DNA of 64,000 nt, taken from NCBI GenBank assembly GCA_040217195.1, contig JAVJNR010000002.1, forward strand, positions 160,001 through 224,000, written 5' to 3'. Positions 9,840-20,516 of the stretch are shown piece after piece (the first letter of the stretch is position 1; each line of letters starts with the position of its first letter). Source of the stretch: Leptospiraceae bacterium (GTDB lineage: Bacteria; Spirochaetota; Leptospiria; Leptospirales; Leptonemataceae). The notes beneath the pieces are model-generated. The model was given only the letters and a program-made list of their open reading frames with translations. It was not told where the DNA came from and did not search any database. The position numbers were made by a program, and so were the translations under genes.

Positions 9840-10352
9840 CGCCCCGCAGCATGCCGGATCTAATGCACTTCTGGCTATGCGGTAGTTACCTTCCATCTAA
9901 TGGAATCCCTTTCAACAGATAGTTAATCGTCTTTGAGTTTCTTCGGCTGCGGTGCCCGGGAGTCTGCCTGCCAATTCAGAATGCTTCTGGAATTAGAATT
10001 TTAGTTTCCGGCCAATTCTGATCCTTCCGTTCAGTGTAGGCTCAAGTTGAGGTCAGATACGGAATTTGTCATCAGGTTCGCCTGAAACCTCAGGCCAGCA
10101 TTTCCTTTTTTATCGCTCATTCGAATGTAAGGTAAAGTCTGCAGTCAAATTCAAGTCGGATATCGCCATTTGCTGCAGATTCGCAAGAGATCTCTGATCC
10201 GATTGAGATTTCAAGTGCTCCTTCAGATGCAAATCCATGTTCGCCTTAGAATTGTACCCATTCGCGGAAGTAGATTTGAGTGGGACTGCAAACTGGAATT
10301 AAGGTTCTGGCGCGAAAGTGAATGGGAGGTCCGATGAATTGGAAATCAGAGT

Positions 10353-12404
10353 TTACCAGATGAAGCCATCTGCATCGTCTCTTTTTTCTTTTCCGCTAAG
10401 TACATGAAAACGACGCACGCGACCCAGGATTACAGGATTGACTGTGCTGATCGGTATATGAACGATTTTCTGCCCCAGTCGGCTGGCCAGTTGAGTCATG
10501 TATGGAGCCGGCGGCTTATGAGCCAGATGGACCACTGCATTTCGTGTATTATATTCCAGACCGGCCAGCAATAATCTGTCTGCCGGTTTATCAAAGCGGT
10601 CGTAACCAGGGTCATTCCAGACATCATGAATTCGTCCTGGTGGAAAGGTTAGCATCAATCCACCGTAGGTGCAGCGGCAAATTCCCGGACCCACAACCTG
10701 ATCGCCTGGAAATGTAGAATAAAAGGCCATATCGCTTTCCTGATGGTGTTCACCCCACCAGACCACTTGCCAGGGATGTTTGTCTTCATCTTCGTCAAAA
10801 ATGATAACTACACTACCGGCATCGATGGCCTTCTTGTGCTGATCCCGAACATAGATTTTTCCAGAATGATAATTTCGAATTGTTTCTCGATAATCGATTC
10901 CATCTAAAAGAGAAGAACTGAATTCCAGAGTTTTTTCTTCGCTGGCCTTCATTATGGATTTCGCACGGTTCTGAAGATAGCGACCAAAATCTTCCAGCAC
11001 CACATCTTCCGGAGGATAGGAGCAAATACCACTTCCATCCCAGAGATCTCGCCATTGGCCTGGATACTTTTCTCTTTGAATATTTCTGGTGATTCTAGGT
11101 GGAGGAACTCTGCGTTTGATTCGACGCTTCAGGCGAAATCGAATCAGTTTATGGTGCCGGAACAGATCATCCAGAGTGATTTCTTTTTCCTGGAATGGAC
11201 TGGGCCCCGGTTCTCGAAGAAACATTAAAATATCATGAAAGATTCGAGCGAAGTTATCGTTTCCAAAGGCCCGTGCGCTCAGTACAAGTTGGTAGGTGTC
11301 CGGTAGAAGCTTCTGATTCAGGAAGCTCCAGTTGCGAGCAAACTGGAAGAAAATCTTTTCCCTTTGAGGAGGAAATATTTCGCCGGATTCTCGCTCATAT
11401 CGATGTCTTGTTTCTCTAAATACCTGTCTTTGAAGCCTGATTCGATCAAAGCCAGGCAAAGCTCGGTGATACTTTCGCGCTAAATTCCAGGCAGTGTTAT
11501 AATATCCAGGCTGAGTCAGTACTTCTGGATGCTTTCTAGAAAGGATTGTAATTTCCACTTCATCCCGGGACTGATTGACTCGATCATTCCAGTCCAGGAG
11601 TTCTTCCAGAGGTTCCTTTTCATCCAGGGGCGGAGCGGAATTGGAAGGCTCAGTGTTCTGAATCGTTTCCTTTCCCTGGTCGCTGTATTCCAGAGCGGGA
11701 AGACCCGCCGTGCTCATGGCCACCTCTGCCTTTTCCTTTTCCGCCGCGAACTCTTCGTTGGAGAGTCCCATCAATCTCTGGATGGAAGGCAAATGCTTCA
11801 TACCGCAGACAAGAAGTGTCCAGTCCTCATCTGGATTCTGAAAGTTGGCCAGCTGTCGCATCCTTTCGGCCAGGCTGATCTCTCGAATGTAATCTACAAA
11901 GTCTACAAATTGCAGTCTAAGATCGCCTGCCTTTGCAGGGCCCGGCAACTCCTTGCGATACATTTCATACAGATCGCCTATGCTAAGCTCATTCAGGGAA
12001 TAGGTATCCGGAAAGCGTTCATCCGTCCAGGCGTAGATGCCTTCTATCAGTCGATCCGCTGCATGAATAGGTATGCCAGCCTCAAAAGCAGATCGTGCGG
12101 CCTCTACGATAGGCTCCAGTGGCTCCATGATAAAATGGATGGGTGGATAGGTAGGAGGCTCTAGAGTCAGTACAGGTATGGATTCAGCATAAGGCAGAGC
12201 CCGATGCAATGCATTGCTGAATACATCGGGCAGTTCCAGAACAAGCTGAGAGGGTGGTCTTTCCAGAAAAAGCCGTCGGACAAGTAGTGTGCATTCAGCC
12301 GAACCATGAACGATGGGCAGGGCCCGTATTCCGGCAGCCAGATCAATGGCTATTTCGGAATCAGAGTGTAGCTTGCTCCGGGCTGGATAGTTGTTCGCAG
12401 ACAT
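10353..12404 (-). CDS. Uncharacterised 683-aa protein with TraB/DUF5682-like N-terminal region; probable partner of the AAA+ ATPase
   Basis: LPIVHGS..LVLELP..RE..VCGMKH pattern; LLDGIDYRETIR motif; same strand, 54 nt downstream of the AAA+ gene. Confidence 0.6.
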   Translation of the reverse strand: MSANNYPARSKLHSDSEIAIDLAAGIRALPIVHGSAECTLLVRRLFLERPPSQLVLELPDVFSNALHRALPYAESIPVLTLEPPTYPPIHFIMEPLEPIVEAARSAFEAGIPIHAADRLIEGIYAWTDERFPDTYSLNELSIGDLYEMYRKELPGPAKAGDLRLQFVDFVDYIREISLAERMRQLANFQNPDEDWTLLVCGMKHLPSIQRLMGLSNEEFAAEKEKAEVAMSTAGLPALEYSDQGKETIQNTEPSNSAPPLDEKEPLEELLDWNDRVNQSRDEVEITILSRKHPEVLTQPGYYNTAWNLARKYHRALPGFDRIRLQRQVFRETRHRYERESGEIFPPQREKIFFQFARNWSFLNQKLLPDTYQLVLSARAFGNDNFARIFHDILMFLREPGPSPFQEKEITLDDLFRHHKLIRFRLKRRIKRRVPPPRITRNIQREKYPGQWRDLWDGSGICSYPPEDVVLEDFGRYLQNRAKSIMKASEEKTLEFSSSLLDGIDYRETIRNYHSGKIYVRDQHKKAIDAGSVVIIFDEDEDKHPWQVVWWGEHHQESDMAFYSTFPGDQVVGPGICRCTYGGLMLTFPPGRIHDVWNDPGYDRFDKPADRLLLAGLEYNTRNAVVHLAHKPPAPYMTQLASRLGQKIVHIPISTVNPVILGRVRRFHVLSGKEKRDDADGFIW

Positions 12405-12458
12405 GCTTTAGCTCAATCTCTGTTTATTGGGAATGTTTCTCAAAGATACCAATGGGAC

Positions 12459-13319
12459 TCAGGTCACAAGATAACGAAGTGCATCATCGCCCAGAATGCC
12501 CATGACTGAATCGTGAAGCAATTCGCGAAAGCGAGCTTCATCCGTTACGATTTGACCACCCTCCTTCTTGAAGAATTCCCTGGATAGCCCCAGTTTGAGC
12601 ACCATTCTTGTGATATTGATTCCATCTCGCACAGAATAGGGTTCATCTGCCTGGTGGGCCGCTTGCAGAAATCTTACTACATAGCTGATGATTTCATCCG
12701 GCGCAAAGGGAAGGTTGGCTTTCAGGATTTCCGCTTCCTCATCAGCATCTGCAAAATCGATGTAAATCTGAGGTTGTAGCCGGCTCTGAATGTATTCCGG
12801 AATTTCAAATGTAGAGGCATCCTCATTCATGGTGGCACAGAAGCGAAACTCGGGATGGGCTTTGACCTTGATACCTGCAATAATCGATTCAATATATCTT
12901 CTATGGTCCAGCAAGGGTGCCAGAGAAGCCCAGGACTTTTCACCCATGCGATTGCCTTCATCTAAAATGGCTACTCCCCCTTCAATCATTGCCGTGACGA
13001 TGGCACTGGCCACGTATTTGATTTTACCGGATTCGGCGATGACAGGGGTAATTAGGAGATCTTCCGGTCTTGTATCCATGGTGGCCTGAAAAATATAAAC
13101 AGGCTTTGCCAGGGCTCGGGCTGCTGCGGCCGCTAGCGTAGTTTTGCCTACGCCGGGGCGACCAATTAGTCTGGGATTCAGAGGGATGTCATCCTCATGG
13201 ACCGTCATCCAGCAGGCCATTAGCTGCTGTAGAACATCCATATTTCCCACCCAGGGATGCTCGTCCTGATCCGGGGCTCCCAGATGTAGAGTGATTCCGT
13301 CGATGCTATGTGTTTTCAT
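12459..13319 (-). CDS. MoxR-like AAA+ ATPase (AAA_5, CbbQ/NorQ-related)
   Basis: Walker A GRPGVGKT, Walker B AILDEGNR, HPEFRFCATMN, SRL. Confidence 0.9.
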   Translation of the reverse strand: MKTHSIDGITLHLGAPDQDEHPWVGNMDVLQQLMACWMTVHEDDIPLNPRLIGRPGVGKTTLAAAAARALAKPVYIFQATMDTRPEDLLITPVIAESGKIKYVASAIVTAMIEGGVAILDEGNRMGEKSWASLAPLLDHRRYIESIIAGIKVKAHPEFRFCATMNEDASTFEIPEYIQSRLQPQIYIDFADADEEAEILKANLPFAPDEIISYVVRFLQAAHQADEPYSVRDGINITRMVLKLGLSREFFKKEGGQIVTDEARFRELLHDSVMGILGDDALRYLVT

Positions 13320-13399
13320 GGACAGGCCAACCTGCACTGTATCCGGCCGGCTGTCAAGATGGGCTTGACCCTGTTGGTTTTACCCGGGTCCATACCGTC

Positions 13400-15313
13400 A
13401 TGCGTAACCTGTGGCTGCTCTCAACGCTCTTCCTCACTACAACGTTCCATCCGAATCTATCATTGCTGGCAGAGACGGAGGACTATTCCGGGGTAACCGA
13501 GGTAAATCGGAGTCCAGAAGCAGAACGCTTCATGGATCGCTTCATGGCAGAATCGGCAAGGGAGGCGAAGGTACCCGGAGCGATTGTGGCCATAGTGCAA
13601 AACGGGGAGATTATTCTGCTCAAGGGCTACGGAGATGCTCGTCTGGCCGATGGGAAGAAAGTGGATCCAGCTACTACGATCTTTCGAGTAGGAAGTATAT
13701 CCAAAACCTTCGTGGGTCTGGGCATCCTGCAGATGATTCAAAAAGGGGAGTTGAACCTGGATCAGGATGTGGGTGAAATTCTGCCCGAACTGGCAGTGAA
13801 ATTCGAGCATCCGGTGACAATTAGAAACCTTGTTACTCACACCGCAGGCTTTGATGAAAAGCTCATTGGGCTGGGCGCCGCGCCGGAGGAAAAGTTGCCG
13901 CCTCTCAAAGACATTGTTACGGAGCAGTACCCCGGCCAGATTGCCATTCCCGGAACTTATTATAATTATTCGAACTACGGATATCTGGTACTGGCTGCTG
14001 TGCTGGAAGTAGTTTCCCAACAGCCATTCGCTTCCTATCAGAATGAAAAAGTTCTGGGGCCCCTGGGTATGGAAGCGGCGTTCCTGCCAGAAGAAATCGA
14101 TCAGGATTCTCTATCGGCCAGTTACTTCACAGGTATGGATGATCAGAGGGTGGAAATGCAGCCAATGAGGCTACGTTACTTTCCGGTGGGGTCGGTTTAT
14201 GGAACGGGACAGGATATGGCTCGCTATCTACAGGCTCTAACAAATGGTTTTTCCCGGAGTGCCATTATCGATTCGGCCAGCTTTTCTCTGCTAACGGAAA
14301 ATCAGTTCCGGCCCAATCCTGAACTAAACGGCACTGCCTTTACTTTCTACGAAAGAGATCTGCGCGGCCTGCGAATGTTGGAACACGGCGGTGACTGGGA
14401 GGCTTTTTCTTCTCTGATATCGTTCTCGCCGGAGAACAAAACTGGGATATTTTTCTCTACTAACGGTTCCGCAGATCCCATGCTCAGGGGAAAATTAATG
14501 CAGTCATTTGCTGATTTTCTGGGTCTGGAATCTGATGCAGAAATCTCAGTGACTCAGCCCGAGTTACCCCTGGAGAACTACACCGGTTCCTATCGATACG
14601 CTCGATATGAACATTTTGGGCTACTGAAGGTAGCCGGCCTTCCCATGCAGGTTGATGTTTCCGTAGAGCAAGATCATCTGCTGGCCACTTTTCCGGCGGA
14701 GTTTCGCGAACCTATTAAATTACTTCCGGTGGGGGGCCATGTTTTTGCATCCAGCGATCCGGTAGTCAAGATTGCCTTTCGCATAGAAGACGGAAAATCT
14801 GTGGGAGTATCGGGCACATATTTGATACCGTTTTATCTTGAGAGAATTAGCCCATTGGAAGGAATGCAAACCGTTGTGCCTCTGACAGCCTTTGCAGTTC
14901 TTTCCATGCTTGCCTGTCTTTTCCTTCCAGTGGCTCGTAAAGTTTATGCAAAATTCTTCAGGAAAGAAGCTCCGGATCTGAGCCAGGAAGCAGAGGCAGA
15001 GGAGAGAAAAGCTTTCAGGCTTCTAATTGCAACCGCCTGGGCCCATGTATTGTTCTTACTGGGAACACAAATCCATATGGGAGTGTTGCAGCAGCAGATT
15101 GTAGAAGGTGTGCCCCGGAGCCTGGAGGCTCTATTATACCTTCCTTACGGACTGCTCCTTCTGACAATACTGCTGGCTATTCGAATACCGAAAGTCTGGA
15201 ATGCATACAGCTGGGGTGCGGGTACCAGAATATTCTACACTCTTGTGGCAGCGGCGGGAGTGGCATTCTTTCAACTGCTCTGGTACTGGAATCTGATCGC
15301 GCCGGTACGATAG
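13400..15313 (+). CDS. Serine hydrolase, beta-lactamase class C / D-Ala peptidase family, with C-terminal membrane helices
   Basis: FRVGSISK (SxxK), YSN, HGG; signal peptide from MRNLWLL; about four C-terminal transmembrane segments. Confidence 0.88.
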   Translation: MRNLWLLSTLFLTTTFHPNLSLLAETEDYSGVTEVNRSPEAERFMDRFMAESAREAKVPGAIVAIVQNGEIILLKGYGDARLADGKKVDPATTIFRVGSISKTFVGLGILQMIQKGELNLDQDVGEILPELAVKFEHPVTIRNLVTHTAGFDEKLIGLGAAPEEKLPPLKDIVTEQYPGQIAIPGTYYNYSNYGYLVLAAVLEVVSQQPFASYQNEKVLGPLGMEAAFLPEEIDQDSLSASYFTGMDDQRVEMQPMRLRYFPVGSVYGTGQDMARYLQALTNGFSRSAIIDSASFSLLTENQFRPNPELNGTAFTFYERDLRGLRMLEHGGDWEAFSSLISFSPENKTGIFFSTNGSADPMLRGKLMQSFADFLGLESDAEISVTQPELPLENYTGSYRYARYEHFGLLKVAGLPMQVDVSVEQDHLLATFPAEFREPIKLLPVGGHVFASSDPVVKIAFRIEDGKSVGVSGTYLIPFYLERISPLEGMQTVVPLTAFAVLSMLACLFLPVARKVYAKFFRKEAPDLSQEAEAEERKAFRLLIATAWAHVLFLLGTQIHMGVLQQQIVEGVPRSLEALLYLPYGLLLLTILLAIRIPKVWNAYSWGAGTRIFYTLVAAAGVAFFQLLWYWNLIAPVR

Positions 15314-15415
15314 CCAGCCATGGGCGGCTGGTCCGCAATTGCTCTTTTCTCTATCTCAGGAAGGGCCGGGCTAGATTGAGCAGGCCCTGGATTGCCCCGG
15401 GAGGACCCGGCCGGT

Positions 15416-15865
15416 CTATTTGACTTCTGATCCCTGAGAAAGGATACGAACGGTTTTGTCCGGAAAGTTTGTTGTAATGGACTTTTCAATTTGAGCATGG
15501 ATGGATTTTGCTCGGCAAGAATCCGCATCCGGGATGTTTGAAAAGTCAGCCACAATTACGTTACCTTCTTCCTTTACGGAAAGTAGCTTTGTGCCCCGGT
15601 CGATGGCGCTATAAGCACCTTCCAGGGTTTCCCGGCTGGTTGGCCCTTTTAATAATTCCGTCAGTACGGCTTCTGGAGTTTTAGTTGCTACTTCCCGTTG
15701 TAGTGGTTCCACAGCGGCACAATCCGCGCCTCCGCTGGCAGACATGAAAATTTGAACGGTTGCCGGTCCTGCAGGCTCTGGCTCTGGAGCCGGCGCTTCA
15801 GAACAGCCGGCTCCTAGAAAAATAACCAGAGAGAATGTCAGGGTTGTTAAACGAAAATGCTCCAC
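15416..15865 (-). CDS. GerMN-domain lipoprotein
   Basis: Lipobox LGAGC; VLTELLKGPT, KLLSV, VADFS, AQIEKS. Confidence 0.75.
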   Translation of the reverse strand: MEHFRLTTLTFSLVIFLGAGCSEAPAPEPEPAGPATVQIFMSASGGADCAAVEPLQREVATKTPEAVLTELLKGPTSRETLEGAYSAIDRGTKLLSVKEEGNVIVADFSNIPDADSCRAKSIHAQIEKSITTNFPDKTVRILSQGSEVK

Positions 15866-15906
15866 ACTATATTATCGGACCGGGGCCCGGTTTATCATTA
15901 AACTTC

Positions 15907-16392
15907 TCAGGGCGCAAGTTCCCACTTTTCCACTTTGTTTCGAACGCCCAGGCCGCCTTCCTGAATGCTCAGGCTAACGATTAATGGCCTGCCTGGAGTG
16001 GCCAGACGTGCCAGTTGCATCATCTTATCACAGAGAGATTTATTGGACATTTGCTGTAGTCTGAACCAGCCTTTGAGCTCCCAGTCTTCATCCTCATTTA
16101 GCATGTAGTGCTCAACGCGATACAGATCCGCGGGTTCCACTCGTTCATCCTCGTACTCTACTTCAGAGTTTACGCCACAGGACAAAACCACCGCCTGCAT
16201 ACCGGGAGTATACTCCTCATTGGTTCCCCAGAGAAGACCTGGTACAGTCTCCTTTCTTGGATACAGCCAGATTACATTGGTGTCCTCTGCTTCTGATTTC
16301 ACCAGCTGCATGTCGAACCTGGTTTCCGCAGACAGTCCATTGGTACCGAATGCCAGTAGTGCGAGGATGGGCAGTAACCGGTAAACTTTCAT
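15907..16392 (-). CDS. Exported hypothetical protein
   Basis: AGGAG SD, signal peptide ending GLSA. Confidence 0.7.
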   Translation of the reverse strand: MKVYRLLPILALLAFGTNGLSAETRFDMQLVKSEAEDTNVIWLYPRKETVPGLLWGTNEEYTPGMQAVVLSCGVNSEVEYEDERVEPADLYRVEHYMLNEDEDWELKGWFRLQQMSNKSLCDKMMQLARLATPGRPLIVSLSIQEGGLGVRNKVEKWELAP

Positions 16393-16503
16393 AGATTTCT
16401 CCTGATTTTGTTGCGCCCTTGAATCAGACGCACTGTAGTCAGACGAGCCTGAAGGTCACAGGGTTACGGTAAAATAAATTTTCCTCGCCTCCAGGGCTGG
16501 AAG

Positions 16504-17589
16504 ATGCATCCGGGGAGGATGAGACGCACAGTGAATCGACGGTCCCAGAAAGCCGGCCTGCCCCCTGGAAGTCTGGTTCATATCGGACAGGGTAAGGGAG
16601 GCACTGTAATTCAGGGTATGGAGTACGACCACGGAGGCGCCCGGAATCTGTCCTTCGAAGCCCACCCTTCTGGAACTGGAACCCGGATACCTGGCCCTCA
16701 TTCTGGCAAAGTCCTCTGGTTACAGGTGCAGGGGGTAACGGATGCCACCATGATCGAAAATATTGGTCGGAAGTTCGGTCTGCATCCGCTACTGCTGGAA
16801 GATGTAATGAATACGGATCAGCGCCCCAAGGTGGAAGATTACGGGGATCATTTATTCATCGTTCTGCGTGCCCTGGATTTTACTGTAGAGAAAGGCCTGC
16901 AGCAAAAACAGATTTCTCTGGTGCTCGGAAAAGACTATGTTCTTTCATTCGAAGAATCCAGCGAAGAGCATAGTTTTGACGGAGTCATTCGCCGACTTCT
17001 GGATGGGCGAGGCCGCCTGCTTCAGGAAGGTGCGGATTATCTTGCATACACTTTGCTGGATTCTGTGGTGGATCATTATTTCGCCGTACTGGAGGGTGTA
17101 TCCGATCAGATTGAGGCACTGGAAGACGAAGTGTTCTCTGGAGAAGATGATTTACTACCTGCGATTCATAAATTGAAACGAGAATTGATTGCACTACGTA
17201 AGAGTGTTTGGCCATTAAGAGAGGCACTGGTTTTTCTGGACCGTCAACATTCTGCACTGATCGATGAAGATCTTTCCGTGTTTTTCCGGGACATCTACGA
17301 TCACTGCATTCATATAGTGGATACAATCGAATCCTTTCGGGATATGCTTTCCGGTTTGCTGGACGTCCACCTGTCCTCAATCAGCACTCGTTTGAATCAA
17401 GTGATGAAGCTTTTGACTTTGATTACTACAATCTTCATGCCCATGACATTGATCACGGGCATCTATGGAATGAACTTCCATCGAATGCCTTTACTTCAGA
17501 GTAGTCTGGGATTCCCGGTGGTGATTGGGGTCATGGCTCTCATTTCCGGCAGCATGATCTTCTTCTTCCGAAAAAAGCGCTGGCTATAG
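16504..17589 (+). CDS. corA: Magnesium/cobalt transporter CorA
   Basis: KAGLPPGSLVHIG, FGLHPLLLED, QRPKVEDY, YGMNF signature, KKRWL end. Confidence 0.96.
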   Translation: MHPGRMRRTVNRRSQKAGLPPGSLVHIGQGKGGTVIQGMEYDHGGARNLSFEAHPSGTGTRIPGPHSGKVLWLQVQGVTDATMIENIGRKFGLHPLLLEDVMNTDQRPKVEDYGDHLFIVLRALDFTVEKGLQQKQISLVLGKDYVLSFEESSEEHSFDGVIRRLLDGRGRLLQEGADYLAYTLLDSVVDHYFAVLEGVSDQIEALEDEVFSGEDDLLPAIHKLKRELIALRKSVWPLREALVFLDRQHSALIDEDLSVFFRDIYDHCIHIVDTIESFRDMLSGLLDVHLSSISTRLNQVMKLLTLITTIFMPMTLITGIYGMNFHRMPLLQSSLGFPVVIGVMALISGSMIFFFRKKRWL

Positions 17590-17595
17590 AGACAG

Positions 17596-18375
17596 TTAAA
17601 GGCCTGTATCTTTCAAGATTCGTTGGGCCACCATCTGTCCTCCGCTGTTGGAAACATGAATTCCATCTTTCCAGCGAGTGGGTCTCTCTGTGCTCAAGTA
17701 ATCTGTGTGGATATATCGGCCACAGCCGGAGTTCTGAATTTTCTGATTATAGAAGCGATTGAATAGCCTGGTTTTATCGTGATAGGCTTTTGGCTTCATG
17801 GGAGGCATTCCAACCCAGAATACTTTGCCGGTTTCATTGCAGAGTCTTCCAAAAAACTCATCGAATCTTAATGAGTATTGTTGCCACCAGAGAGCCACAT
17901 CAGGTCCGAAAGGCAGCCTCTTGCCCTCATGTTTGAGCCATCGACCGTCATTGGAACCCAGCATAACTATAATTGCATTAAAGTCTCCCGAAGACAAAAG
18001 CTCCTGACTCTTGTACTGCCAGTCGAAGAAGTGAGTCCAGGTAAGTCCGGTGGATTTTTTAACAAAGTATGTAACCTGATACCCCTTGTTTTCCAGACCT
18101 TTTTTTAGAGCCGGTCCAATGCCAAATTGCATCATGGAATCGCCAATGATCAGAATCTCAGGTTTCCTTCCGGGGACTAGCGGATCGGGCTGAGACGGCG
18201 CCAAACCCTGTCGGGTATTGTCTTCAGCCTGCGTGTGTACCAACGAATCTCTGCTCTCTGCTCCTGGTAGATCACAGCCAGTAAAAACCAGAGCAGATAA
18301 TAAAATAGAAATTACTGAGGCAGAAAGAAAGGAAGTCAGCGCCCGGCCCGGAGTCATTCGAAAATCAAAGGACAT
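17596..18375 (-). CDS. SGNH/GDSL hydrolase-family lipoprotein (DUF459-like)
   Basis: IIGDSM, STGL, MLGSND, DGIH; lipobox FTGC. Confidence 0.85.
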   Translation of the reverse strand: MSFDFRMTPGRALTSFLSASVISILLSALVFTGCDLPGAESRDSLVHTQAEDNTRQGLAPSQPDPLVPGRKPEILIIGDSMMQFGIGPALKKGLENKGYQVTYFVKKSTGLTWTHFFDWQYKSQELLSSGDFNAIIVMLGSNDGRWLKHEGKRLPFGPDVALWWQQYSLRFDEFFGRLCNETGKVFWVGMPPMKPKAYHDKTRLFNRFYNQKIQNSGCGRYIHTDYLSTERPTRWKDGIHVSNSGGQMVAQRILKDTGL

Positions 18376-18405
18376 AAGTACGGAATTCCGGGCCCGGCAA
18401 GCCGG

Positions 18406-19104
18406 TCAGCTTCTTTTTCTCTTCCAGAGATAGGCCCCCCCGGCCAGCAGGAGGATTACAATAAGGGAGGCGATCCACAACCTTATTTGATATTGTTCTT
18501 CTGAGATGGTGCTTTCTGGCGGTGCTATCCAGGACAACCCGGCCAGCACATCTTCCACCAGCGATCGGGCCCGGGATTCATTGTTCTGGAACTCACCACT
18601 GGCCGGAATGACGATCACTCGATACTCAAGATTCCTGCTGGCAAAGTAGGCCTCATAGCTTTGAAGCTTTTTTCCCTGGGAGAATCTGGTATTGGAATAC
18701 AAGACTCCCTGAATCTCTCCCTCCAGGTGAAGTCGTTTAATCTCCTGAACACCTGGGCGAACTACAATTCGTGAGGTCTGGTTGGTTCTACTTTCGTTAA
18801 ATGTGCAGAACACGGCCAATTCCAGACCAGCTCCATTTCGCGCAAGAAGTGAGGTTTTCGTTTCTTCTACAATTTTAAATTCTGCCGGAATATAAAATGC
18901 GATGTTGCAAGGTTCAATGACTGTGGGTTTCGACTCAGCGTGCACTGTCCAGGGTAGAACCAGAAAAATCAGAATCAGAATCGGCTTACCAGTAAGAGTC
19001 ACTGTTCGGGCTGAAGCAGGCTTTCCAGGACTCGGTCGGGCCAGGCAGAGGCCTCCTTCGTTTATCTGTTTTCTGGAAACTGGATTTGATAGGATCCGGT
19101 TCAT
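18406..19104 (-). CDS. Hypothetical exported protein with C-terminal membrane anchor (true start probably later)
   Basis: Internal signal-peptide-like segment ending TVHA; C-terminal transmembrane helix followed by KRKRS. Confidence 0.6.
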   Translation of the reverse strand: MNRILSNPVSRKQINEGGLCLARPSPGKPASARTVTLTGKPILILIFLVLPWTVHAESKPTVIEPCNIAFYIPAEFKIVEETKTSLLARNGAGLELAVFCTFNESRTNQTSRIVVRPGVQEIKRLHLEGEIQGVLYSNTRFSQGKKLQSYEAYFASRNLEYRVIVIPASGEFQNNESRARSLVEDVLAGLSWIAPPESTISEEQYQIRLWIASLIVILLLAGGAYLWKRKRS

Positions 19105-19259
19105 GGGTTACATTTCTTCTATAACGGCTCTGAGAGGCATCATAAAAAAGTGGTCCCTGGCTGATTTGATCCATTTGTCCCATCGCCGCCGGCCTTTTCG
19201 AATTTATCTGAATCGCTTGAATTTAGCGAAGCGTCCGATAGATTGACTGAACCCAATCC

Positions 19260-20516
19260 ATGGGCATTCGAGGTTTCAATATGGTATCCAGACTCAGTAT
19301 TGTTCTACTGCTCGCAATATTACCTTTCACCGCAAGTTGCGAGGGCCTGAGAGCGACTTTGATTGGATGGTTTTCCCCGGAGTATACTCCTGAGGGAAAA
19401 ATAACCGATCTCAAACCGGAGTTCTCCGGACCGGACAGCCGAAGAGTTCAGATACAGATTCAGCTGGCTGAAATGGCTTCCGGCTTTCCACAGCTTACAG
19501 AGCTGGCCTTTCATCCTGCATCGGATCGCCATCTATTTCTGGTTCAAAAAAACGGTAAGCTTTCATTGCTGGATTTGAAGACCGGAGAAGCTCAGGAATT
19601 GCTAAAGATTCAGGTTCCCGTGGTCTCTGAGCAGGGGCTGTTGGGCATCGCATTGCATCCTCGCTTTCTCACCAATGGATATATATTCCTGAATTATTCT
19701 GTGGAAGACGGCGACCGTCGCTTTAGCCGAGTTTCTAGATGGAAACTGGATAATCCCGGAGATGTTTTTTCCCCTGGCCGTCTCACCGGGGAGACAGTCT
19801 TTATGGAAGTGGATCAGCCCTATCAGAACCACAATGCAGGCCGTCTGGATTTCGGGCCTGACGGAATGCTGTACATTGGTTGGGGCGATGGGGGCTGGAA
19901 AGATGATCCGGATGAAAACGGTCAGAATCCGCGAACCCTTCTGGGTGCCATGCTTCGCATCGATGTAGACCAGCAGGAAAACGGTAAGCCTTATGCGATT
20001 CCAAAAGACAATCCGTATTTCACCACTCACAAGAACTGGGCCAGAGAGATATGGGCCATTGGTTTGCGAAACCCCTGGAAATATAGTTTCGGTCCTTCAG
20101 GACAATTGATCGTTGCTGACGTGGGGCAGGATGCTTACGAAGAGGTATCAATCATTGAAAAAGGAGATAACCTGGGCTGGAACACCATGGAGGCCAATCA
20201 TTGCTTTGATCCAGAGGAAGGCTGCAATCGAAGCGGTCTGAAGACTGCGATATTTGAGTACGGCCGTGAAGAAGGACAGTCCATCACTGGAGGATACGTC
20301 TATCTTGGTAGTCGCACTGAACTGAAAGGAAAGTACATTTTCGGTGATTTTGTTAAAGGCCGGATCTGGGCCATCGATCTACCCGCGGACAACCAACCTG
20401 TGGAAGCTTATGCGTTGGGCAAGTGGCCTCTGTTGATTTCTACCTTTGCCCGAGACTCCGCCGGCGAAGTCTACGTAGCGGATTTCGCATCTGGAAAGAT
20501 CTACAGAATTCTCTAA
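19260..20516 (+). CDS. PQQ-dependent glucose/sorbosone dehydrogenase family lipoprotein
   Basis: EQGLLGIALHP, NHNAGRLDFGPDGMLY, GLRNPWK, ADVGQDAYEE. Confidence 0.9.
   Translation: MGIRGFNMVSRLSIVLLLAILPFTASCEGLRATLIGWFSPEYTPEGKITDLKPEFSGPDSRRVQIQIQLAEMASGFPQLTELAFHPASDRHLFLVQKNGKLSLLDLKTGEAQELLKIQVPVVSEQGLLGIALHPRFLTNGYIFLNYSVEDGDRRFSRVSRWKLDNPGDVFSPGRLTGETVFMEVDQPYQNHNAGRLDFGPDGMLYIGWGDGGWKDDPDENGQNPRTLLGAMLRIDVDQQENGKPYAIPKDNPYFTTHKNWAREIWAIGLRNPWKYSFGPSGQLIVADVGQDAYEEVSIIEKGDNLGWNTMEANHCFDPEEGCNRSGLKTAIFEYGREEGQSITGGYVYLGSRTELKGKYIFGDFVKGRIWAIDLPADNQPVEAYALGKWPLLISTFARDSAGEVYVADFASGKIYRIL

Noticed and set aside
13400..15313. Beta-lactam resistance gene
   Set aside because: SxxK/YxN/HGG with C-terminal membrane helices fits generic serine peptidases/esterases; the AmpC KTG motif is absent at that position
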